Source: a bacterium (GTDB lineage Bacteria; Acidobacteriota; Blastocatellia; HR10). Taken from it: a stretch of DNA of 64,000 nucleotides. Shown here one piece after another: positions 56,906 through 64,000 of the stretch; the stretch's first letter is position 1, and each line of letters starts with the position of its first letter. Under the pieces are notes generated by a model. The model searched no databases. It was not told where the DNA came from and was given only the letters and a program-made list of their open reading frames with translations. Location of the stretch: contig JBEPZV010000001.1 of assembly GCA_041640655.1 (NCBI GenBank), forward strand, positions 128,001-192,000. Direction: 5' to 3'. The translations under genes were made by a program, and so were the position numbers.

Positions 56906-57160
56906 TTCAGTCCGCCCCTGCACACTCGGTCTTCAACCGAGCCATCGTCTGCTCTAGCTCGGCCAGATGGTGCTTGAGCTGCTTTGTATGCTTTCGTACC
57001 ACTTTGGGAGCCATCCGGTTGACATCTTTCCTGAGGCGCTCCAGATCATTCAACACCGTGCTCATCTCCTTCATCGTGGATTCCGAACCTGGTTGTTTAC
57101 CCCTACCGGCAATAGCGTTCTTTCCAAGAGCCGAGGGAACAAAGTCAGGAAAAGCACGAC

Positions 57161-57271
57161 ACGCTGCTGACGCTGTTTGTACTGCCTGTGCTCTACCGCC
57201 GGTTTGAGAAGGAGTGGGCCGAGGTGGAGATCGAGCTGGATTTTGTTGACACGACAAGCCGCGCCAGTTGA
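57161..57271 (+). pseudogene. Extreme C-terminal fragment of a CusA/CzcA-type RND pump
   Basis: TLLTLFVLPVLYRRFE..stop is the typical last TM helix. Confidence 0.55.
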
Positions 57272-57436
57272 CCCACCAACGGCGGCAAATGCCCCGACCG
57301 ACTCGGCCCTCGACGCATCTGGCTTGGCCGGTTGTGAAATCGGGCGCGTGCCACATCACCAACGAGATCCATGCGTTAATTGGTCTCTCTAAATTTGCCT
57401 ACGGCGTTCATTCCTCGCTGGCATGATATTTGCTTA

Positions 57437-57450
57437 TCCGCATAGGCGGA
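57437..57450. promoter_or_regulatory. Possible ArsR autoregulatory operator
   Basis: TCCGC-ATAG-GCGGA inverted repeat overlapping the arsR RBS. Confidence 0.35.
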
Positions 57451-57457
57451 GGAAGAA

Positions 57458-57853
57458 ATGAAAGAATTGGAGAAAACACTCAAAGCGTTGGCTGATCCAA
57501 GCCGATTGAGAATCTTGAACATCTTGTTCCACCAAGAAGTCTGTGTTTGCGATCTGCAATCGGTGTTGGGATTGCCCCAACCATTGCTTTCCCGGCACTT
57601 GGCGTATCTCCGAAACGCGCACCTGGTGCGAGACCGTCGAGACGGTCCGCGCGTGTGGTATTCGCTGGCGCTCGATGACGAAGTGGGACGCGCAGTTCGA
57701 GAGTTTCTTCAGAGAGTGTTTCCACTTTTTGAAACCTTTCAGACAGATTCAGCGAGAATGCGGCAATTTACGGAGAGTTGCGCCACCCCGCGAGGACATC
57801 AAAAGCTCCATCGGCGGGCCAATAGCTTAGCATTCGAGGAGATGACATCATGA
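57458..57853 (+). CDS. ArsR/SmtB-family regulator
   Basis: KALADPSRLRIL, EVCVCDL, SRHLAYLR. Confidence 0.92.
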   Translation: MKELEKTLKALADPSRLRILNILFHQEVCVCDLQSVLGLPQPLLSRHLAYLRNAHLVRDRRDGPRVWYSLALDDEVGRAVREFLQRVFPLFETFQTDSARMRQFTESCATPRGHQKLHRRANSLAFEEMTS

Positions 57854-58896
57854 TGAAGGACCTCATCCTGGCCGGTGTCGTGGCGCTCAAAGATTACATC
57901 GCGCTGCATGTGATCACCTGTCTTATCCCGGCCTTTCTGCTGGCGGGCGCGCTGGTGACGTTCATCTCGCGCGAGGCCATCATCCGGTATCTGGGTGCGG
58001 CGGCGCGCAGGATCACCTCGTTTGGGCTGGCGTCGGTGGCGAGCTTTTTCGTGGCGGCCTGTTCGTGCACGGTCATTCCCGTGTCGAGCGGAATTTACTA
58101 TGGCGGAGCAGGCATCGGGCCGGCCTTCATCATCCTGTGGGTCGCACCCGCGGCCAACATCCTGGCGCTCGTCTACACGGGAGCGATCTTGGGCGGGCAG
58201 ATGGTGGCCGCGCGCATCGCCGCAGCGCTCACCATGGCCTTTGTAGTGGGCACCGTCATGAGCCTGGCCTTTCGGCGGGAAGAGTCCACTCGGGCTTCAG
58301 CCTTTGTCGCCCATCCGGGCGAGAAGGTCATGTCCCGGAAAGATGTGATCTTGATTCTGCTCATTGTGGCCGACTTGCTGGCGCCGAACTACCTCATTCG
58401 CAGCGGGCCGTATCTTCACAAGGTTTACGTATGGGCCGTGGGCATGGTGGTGATCGCGATCTATGCCTACTTGACCAAGAGCAGAGAGGACATCCTCGCC
58501 TGGGTGAAGGAGACCTGGTGGTTTGTGCGCGTGATCTTTCCGCTGTTGCTTGTCGGTGTGTTCATCGTCGGCGTCATCGGCGCGATTCTGCCCCAGTGGT
58601 GGATTCAGAACTGGCTGGGTGGTTCAGGGATTTTCGCTTCGTTTCTGGCCACTCTGATCGGTGCCATCAGCTATTTTGCCACCCTGACCGAAGCGCCGTT
58701 TGTGGACAAACTCATGAGCTTGGGCATGGGCAAAGGGCCGGCCCTGGCGCTGTTGCTGACGGGGCCGGGCTTGAGCCTGCCCAATTGGCTCGCCATCGGG
58801 CGTGTGTTCGGAGTGAAGAAGGCCGTCATCTACGTCATCACCATCGTCGTTCTCGGCACATGTGTGGGATGGTTTGCCGGGAACGTGATTTTCTAA
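57850..58896 (+). CDS. ArsP/DUF318-family permease
   Basis: HVITCLIPAF, ACSCTVIP, YFATLTE, GPALALLLTGPGLSLP. Confidence 0.88.
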   Translation: MMKDLILAGVVALKDYIALHVITCLIPAFLLAGALVTFISREAIIRYLGAAARRITSFGLASVASFFVAACSCTVIPVSSGIYYGGAGIGPAFIILWVAPAANILALVYTGAILGGQMVAARIAAALTMAFVVGTVMSLAFRREESTRASAFVAHPGEKVMSRKDVILILLIVADLLAPNYLIRSGPYLHKVYVWAVGMVVIAIYAYLTKSREDILAWVKETWWFVRVIFPLLLVGVFIVGVIGAILPQWWIQNWLGGSGIFASFLATLIGAISYFATLTEAPFVDKLMSLGMGKGPALALLLTGPGLSLPNWLAIGRVFGVKKAVIYVITIVVLGTCVGWFAGNVIF

Positions 58897-58999
58897 ATGG
58901 AGCTTCGTAGCGCCGCCCTCTTGGTGGCATGCCGGGAGAGAGACGGGCGCTACGGTGATAGGCGACGAAAATCTTGAACGTGAAGGGGAGGGAGCCGAG

Positions 59000-59284
59000 A
59001 TGAGAATCGAAGTGTTAGGTCCGGGATGCTCTCGCTGCCATAACACGTTGAGGACTATTGAACACGCGCTCCAGGCGCTCGGCGTCGCCGCCGAGGTCGT
59101 TCATATCCACGACCCACGAGAGTTTGCCACCCGGGGAGTGCTTTTCACCCCCGCCGTCTTCATCAACGGTGTGATGAAAGCATCGGGGCGAATTCCCAAG
59201 CTGGAAGAAGTGAAACAGTGGTTGATGGAGTGCCAAGAAACGAACACACAGAAGGGCGAAAGATCGAGCGAGGAGTCGCCGTGA
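59000..59284 (+). CDS. Small redox-active disulfide protein (thioredoxin_3 / MTH895 type)
   Basis: IEVLGPGCSRC, GVLFTPAVFING, GRIP. Confidence 0.9.
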   Translation: MRIEVLGPGCSRCHNTLRTIEHALQALGVAAEVVHIHDPREFATRGVLFTPAVFINGVMKASGRIPKLEEVKQWLMECQETNTQKGERSSEESP

Positions 59285-59405
59285 CGCCGTGAGGTTTCAC
59301 CAACGACGAGGGACTCCATGGAGTTGAGCATGTCGCCTGACCGATGCGAAGAAACGATGAAAAATTGGTGTGCCTCTCCCCCACGGCAAGCCCGATTTTC
59401 GATGA

Positions 59406-59651
59406 CTACATCGCCGAGGCTCAGGTATTGAGGCTGCTTTTCTTCTACCCGCGACCATCACGTTCGACATTCGCGCCGTGCGGCCACGCAAGCTGGCGGC
59501 CATGCGAGCGTATCGCAGCCAAAGCCACCTCGTGAAAGCGTTGCGACAGGATCATGTGGCGTGGCACGCGCCGCAGGAATACTTTCATCGGGCGTTCCCT
59601 GCGTTGTCCGAACAACATCAAGAAAGCACGGAGGCTGTCATGTGCGCGTAA
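59406..59651 (+). pseudogene. 3' remnant of a PIG-L family deacetylase
   Basis: FDIRAVRPRKLAAMRAYRSQ..QEYFHRAFP; in-frame stop upstream, no start. Confidence 0.5.
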
Positions 59652-59666
59652 TCGTGAGTCGGAAGT

Positions 59667-60050
59667 ATGACGGAGCGATTGGAGCAACAAGCTGAGGCGT
59701 TACACCAGATGGTCACCGAGTTGGTGAAGGAATACCCCTTTCGCGACCATCAAGAAATCTGCTGTCATGGTATTTCCGTCTCGCCGGACGATGCGCTGGC
59801 AGCTCTCAATGAGTCAAAGAAACTGACGAAGGGGAATTGGCCGAGCCGATGCACCGGATTATCGCTCGATGCGATTGATCTGTTTGAAATCAACGAAGCG
59901 TTTGCGGTGGTAGAGCTGGCGGCGATTCGACCGCTCAAACTCGATCCCCAGAAGGGGAACGTCAATGGCGGCGCGGTCGCCTTTGGTCCTCTGACGCTCT
60001 GCATCGGCGGCGGCGAGGCCGTGGCGATGGTGGTGGAACGAGCATCCTGA
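59667..60050 (+). pseudogene. Chimeric remnant: MarR-like N-terminus joined to an internally deleted thiolase C-terminus
   Basis: [17 protein letters not shown], then [32 protein letters not shown] with the GHP segment missing. Confidence 0.7.
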
Positions 60051-60174
60051 GGTTAGCCTGGAGGGCGGCGCGCGCTCACCGTGGAGCGCTACTGGTGTAA
60101 TCACAGCCGACATTTCAGTAAGGCGGCTGTTGAACGATAGAGAGTCATCACCCAGGACACGGTAAGCGATGGCC

Positions 60175-63100
60175 TTACACCTTCACCACGTTCACGCGCG
60201 TGTCGTAGAACGAGACGCTGCCGCCGACGGTGTCAACCATGCACGTGTTCTTCAAGTAGTCGTCCACGCGCATGGCCGCATTGGCGTGGACGCCCTGAGC
60301 GCGACGCTCGTCGCCGGGAATGCGCACACCGTCAATCATGATGTCGCTTGAGCCGACGGCCCAGTGGCCAAAGCCCAGCGCAAAGCTGACCACTCCAGGA
60401 CGTATTCCCAGGACCGGTTTGACCGTGCCGATCATCGGCACGCGCCGTCCGTTCTTCAGATCCCACACCCCATTGGGATTCGTCGCCGAGACGATCTTCA
60501 CCCGGTCACCGTCTGCCAACCCCATTCGGTACGCGTCCTCAACGTTCATCAAGACGAAGTTCTCCGGCATCAGATCGAGCAGCCAGTAATCCACCACCGT
60601 GCGCGATTTGGTGTGGAAGATCTCGCGGTGCGTGATCAGATGCAGGGCGAACCCTTCATCCCTGACCTCGCGCCCCAGCGCATCGCGAATGGGCAGGTAC
60701 ACGGCTACGCCCGGCAGGTACTCTCCCGTCATGGCGCTCCTGGTGGTCGCCACTTTCTCCAGGTAAATGCTGGCCAGCTTGCCGTACTTGGATTTCGCCT
60801 GATCGCCGACCCAAGCATCGCTGTAGTTCTCGAAGCGCCCCCCGCGATTGAGCACGTAGATGACCTTGCGCCACCACCGGGAGCCGACGATCTGCTCCCA
60901 TCGCGCGGGATCGAAGACCGTTGGCGGCAAGTGCCGCCGGGCTTTCAGGAACAGCTCGACCTCCTCATCGCTGGCATCCGGCACCGCATCCGTGCCATCG
61001 GATTTGTCGCCGAAGGCGATGTTGGCGACCACGCGGAGATGAAAATCCTCCGGACGCTTCAAATCTTTCCCCGGCTCGAATCCGTTCGGACCGAATCCCG
61101 GCAATCCCATCTTCTCGGCCAGGCCGAGCAACAAGGCTTCCAACGAGAGCGGCATCTCCTCGCCGAACACGGTGACGGTTTCCGTGAGCGGTGCGACGAC
61201 CGGCTGGCGCACCGGCGAAACCTTCTGCGGAATGGAGGGATGCGAGCCGTGAAATTCCCAGCGCTCCAGGTAGGAGAGGTCGGGGAAGATATAATCGGCG
61301 TACATCGAGGTCTCGCCGATGATGATGTCGCTGGCCACGATGAGGGGAATCTTGTTCGGATCGGCGAGGATCTCGATGTTGGTGTGACCGGCCGGCAGCG
61401 CATAGACCGGCGATCCCATGTAGATGAAGAGCGCCTTGATGGGATAGGGATAGCCATCACCTGCTGACGGGATGATCTCCTGATAAATGTCGCTCGCAAA
61501 CGGATACCAGTTGCGCGGTGCCGGATAGCCCGAGAAGAGGGTCGTCTTCTCGTAATTCACCTCATGCCGGATGATACTGATCCCAAACGGCGTCAGCTTC
61601 GCCGGATGCTTGCCCAGGTTGAACGGCTTGCCCGGCGTCGAACCCATCTGATCATACGTCCCACCGCCATAGATCATGCCGCCTTTCCAATCGAAGTTAC
61701 CGATGAGCAGGTTGACGGTCATCACCGCCAGCACGTTGTAGAACCCGTTGGTGTGCTGTGCGACGCCGCGATGCGGCTCCATGACGGCGCGTTTGCCGTG
61801 AGCGGTGAACTCGCGAGCGAGATCAACGATGTCTTGAGCAGCAATGCCGCAGATCTGGGCCCACTCCTCAATCGTTCGCGAGGCCGCCGATTCGTAAACG
61901 AGTTGCAGCGCGCTCTTGACGCGAATGCCGCCGACCACCGCATCGACAAAGAGGTCGCCCTCCACCACCGTCTGCTCATCGTCAACCTTGAACGCCCGTG
62001 GCTGGCCATTTCGGAGCACGACGAAACTATCGGCGTCGCCCAGTCCAATTTCATCGGCTCGCAGGAATTTCGAGGGCCGCCCATCGGCCTCGATCTTGAC
62101 GAGCCAGGACGCATTGGTCCAGGTCGGTTCATTGTCGGCTCTGGCCGCGCCTCGGTTGGCGTTCTCCAGGAACCTTCGATCATACCGCTCGTTTTCGATG
62201 ATCCAGCGGATCATGCCCAGGGCGAGAGCCGCTTCCGTGCCCGGTTTGATCGGCACCCACTTCCAGGCTTTCGCGGCGGTCTTGGAGAAACGGGGATCAA
62301 CAACGGCGATCTTCAGCCGGTTGTCCACGGCCCCTTTGGTGATCTTCCCGGCCTTGAACGGCGGGCCGTAGTTGGCTTCCAGCGGGCTCGCGCCGATGTA
62401 GATGATGAACTCGGCGTGGGCCGTGTCCGCCATCCAGTAGGCTTTGCGCCCGCCCGTCCATTTGCCGCCGGTGTACTGATCGCTCATCGCCTTGCCGGTG
62501 AAATAGAGCGACCCCTGACACACCGTCGTGTGGCCGTGCGCGTTGATCGAACCGAAGCTATCGCGGACGAACCGGCTGATGAATTCCGCCCTTCCGGCTT
62601 TGAGTCGGCCCCACATGAAGACGAGTTGATTATTCTTCGGGCCGAGATCGGGATGATCGGGGTCAATCAGCTTGTCCAAGTGCGCGGCGTACTTGGCCTT
62701 GAACTCCTCGACGGTCATTTTCTTGTCCCAGATCCGGGCCACATCATCGGCCATGGATTTCATCAACGCCGGGTCGCGCACGGCCCACAGCTCCCGCAGT
62801 CCGGTGACCACGCGATTCTCTTCACCGGGGACATGGGCGAACAGCAGGCCGCCGTTGACGATCTCCTCGATGGCTTGTTCAAACGGAATCGTCATCCACT
62901 TGTTCTCGCCGCGACGGCCCGCTCGCTTGAGCACTTTGACGACACGATACGGATCGTAGTGCGTTTGAATGCCCGCCTGACCTTTGGGGCAGATGTGTCC
63001 GTCCACGGTGGCCATGTCCAGCGGCGAGCTGTCATACGCCACATGCGGCCACATCGCGCGCGGCCCGTAGGGGCTGCCGTCAATCTTCACCACCACGCCG

Positions 63101-63399
63101 TCGAGAATCTTGGCTTTGATCTCGCAGCCGGTGTTGCACTGGAGGCAAGTGGTGTAGAGGACATTCTCCGCCTTCGCCAGTTCGTACTCCGGTCCCGGAG
63201 CCTGCGCCTGAGCCGGCGCGAAGATGTTGTGCATCCATTTCGCTCGGCTGGCCAGGAGCGCGGAGCCACCGAGCAGGGCCGAGGTTTTCAGCACAGCTCG
63301 CCGCGTCGCGCAAAAGGTCGGATCACTGATGTTCTCGCTCGACGGCGTCGGCGACGAGTTTTGAGAAGCGGTGCTGTCGGTGAGCATTCTCTCTTTCAT
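60175..63399 (-). CDS. Tat-exported molybdopterin oxidoreductase catalytic subunit, TtrA-like clade
   Basis: TRRAVLK Tat motif, CLQCNTGC..C, HTTVCQGS, ETSMYADYIFPD..LERW, RPGVV..GFGHW; AAGGAGG RBS. Confidence 0.9.
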   Translation of the reverse strand: MKERMLTDSTASQNSSPTPSSENISDPTFCATRRAVLKTSALLGGSALLASRAKWMHNIFAPAQAQAPGPEYELAKAENVLYTTCLQCNTGCEIKAKILDGVVVKIDGSPYGPRAMWPHVAYDSSPLDMATVDGHICPKGQAGIQTHYDPYRVVKVLKRAGRRGENKWMTIPFEQAIEEIVNGGLLFAHVPGEENRVVTGLRELWAVRDPALMKSMADDVARIWDKKMTVEEFKAKYAAHLDKLIDPDHPDLGPKNNQLVFMWGRLKAGRAEFISRFVRDSFGSINAHGHTTVCQGSLYFTGKAMSDQYTGGKWTGGRKAYWMADTAHAEFIIYIGASPLEANYGPPFKAGKITKGAVDNRLKIAVVDPRFSKTAAKAWKWVPIKPGTEAALALGMIRWIIENERYDRRFLENANRGAARADNEPTWTNASWLVKIEADGRPSKFLRADEIGLGDADSFVVLRNGQPRAFKVDDEQTVVEGDLFVDAVVGGIRVKSALQLVYESAASRTIEEWAQICGIAAQDIVDLAREFTAHGKRAVMEPHRGVAQHTNGFYNVLAVMTVNLLIGNFDWKGGMIYGGGTYDQMGSTPGKPFNLGKHPAKLTPFGISIIRHEVNYEKTTLFSGYPAPRNWYPFASDIYQEIIPSAGDGYPYPIKALFIYMGSPVYALPAGHTNIEILADPNKIPLIVASDIIIGETSMYADYIFPDLSYLERWEFHGSHPSIPQKVSPVRQPVVAPLTETVTVFGEEMPLSLEALLLGLAEKMGLPGFGPNGFEPGKDLKRPEDFHLRVVANIAFGDKSDGTDAVPDASDEEVELFLKARRHLPPTVFDPARWEQIVGSRWWRKVIYVLNRGGRFENYSDAWVGDQAKSKYGKLASIYLEKVATTRSAMTGEYLPGVAVYLPIRDALGREVRDEGFALHLITHREIFHTKSRTVVDYWLLDLMPENFVLMNVEDAYRMGLADGDRVKIVSATNPNGVWDLKNGRRVPMIGTVKPVLGIRPGVVSFALGFGHWAVGSSDIMIDGVRIPGDERRAQGVHANAAMRVDDYLKNTCMVDTVGGSVSFYDTRVNVVKV

Positions 63400-63412
63400 C
63401 GTCACCCCCTCC

Positions 63413-64000
63413 TTATCGGTGACACACGCGGCAGGATAGCAGTCGGCGCACATTGGGCAATTCGTCCTCGATATAGAAGACGCGCGGCTGAGTCCCGGCG
63501 CTGGCCTTCACCTGCATCACCTTGTGCGTGGCCAGCAATTCGGAGACGAGACTCTGCGGATCATTCCTGTCGCCGAAGGACATCGCCCCGCCGATGCAGG
63601 TGGTCACGCAGGCCGGCAACATCCCGGCGTTGAGCCGATGCAAACAGAAGTGGCACTTGCGCGCGCGGCCGACCGGCGTCTGACCGCCCGCGCGCGTGTA
63701 CTCGCCTTCGTATTCGTAGAACCTGCGCGTCTCGTAGGGCTGCGTCCCGCCGGGTGTATCGCTCGTGTAGAAATCACCGTCGTCGAAATAGAGGGCCGTG
63801 TATGGACAGGCCTGACGCGCGGCCTCGAACGCTTCGCGCGAAGTGAATTTCGTGTAATCAATCGCCACGATGCCGTCGGGCCGCTTGGTGATCGCCCCCG
63901 GCGGGGCCGCTCTCATACAAGGCGGGTTGTCGCATTGCATGCAGTTGGTCGGCATGAACACGCGATTGAGGTTCGGGTACGTCCCGAATTCGATTTCGGG
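63413..64000 (-). CDS. TtrB/DmsB-like Fe-S electron-transfer subunit; 5'-truncated by the window edge
   Basis: EFGTYPN, CMQCDNPPC, KCHFCLHR..PACVTTC, GTQPRVFY. The frame is open to the window end. Confidence 0.88.
   Translation of the reverse strand, partial: PEIEFGTYPNLNRVFMPTNCMQCDNPPCMRAAPPGAITKRPDGIVAIDYTKFTSREAFEAARQACPYTALYFDDGDFYTSDTPGGTQPYETRRFYEYEGEYTRAGGQTPVGRARKCHFCLHRLNAGMLPACVTTCIGGAMSFGDRNDPQSLVSELLATHKVMQVKASAGTQPRVFYIEDELPNVRRLLSCRVCHR

Noticed and set aside
60103..60130. ACAGCCG/CGGCTGT hairpin as a bidirectional terminator
   Set aside because: Large loop and no clear U-tract.

Overview
High-GC bacterial DNA; the Oar-type TonB-dependent receptors suggest an Acidobacteriota-like diderm (inference). 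The window opens with the 3' part of a FadF/EMO-like membrane Fe-S oxidoreductase. A sigma70 promoter and TetR-type operator (~1606-1653) then precede a ~51 kb run of about 45 tightly packed + strand genes (2034-53312). These encode CoA-dependent catabolism resembling actinobacterial steroid side-chain and ring C/D degradation: three IpdAB-like pairs, Ltp3/Ltp4-like proteins with DUF35 partners, acyl-CoA dehydrogenases, ETF, LLM/SDR/OYE oxidoreductases, two TonB receptors and a KstR2/PaaR-like TetR. The run ends in an unexplained module: two paralogous hypotheticals, hydantoinase A, hydantoinase B fused to an acetone-carboxylase gamma domain, and a split PEP-utilising enzyme. Two features are hidden from the ORF track. 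(1) An AhpD/CMD-like CxxU selenoprotein candidate read through an in-frame TGA followed by a SECIS-like hairpin (20218-20799). (2) A 40-bp (24-bp short form) palindromic element, stop-free in all six frames, that occurs intergenically and inserted in frame inside EtfB and both paralogous hypotheticals. After 53.3 kb the region becomes a mosaic: a tandem-repeat coiled-coil protein, a toxin remnant with an integron attC site, several gene fragments, an ArsR-permease-thioredoxin operon, and a minus-strand TtrA-like molybdoenzyme whose Fe-S partner has lost the ligands of one cluster.
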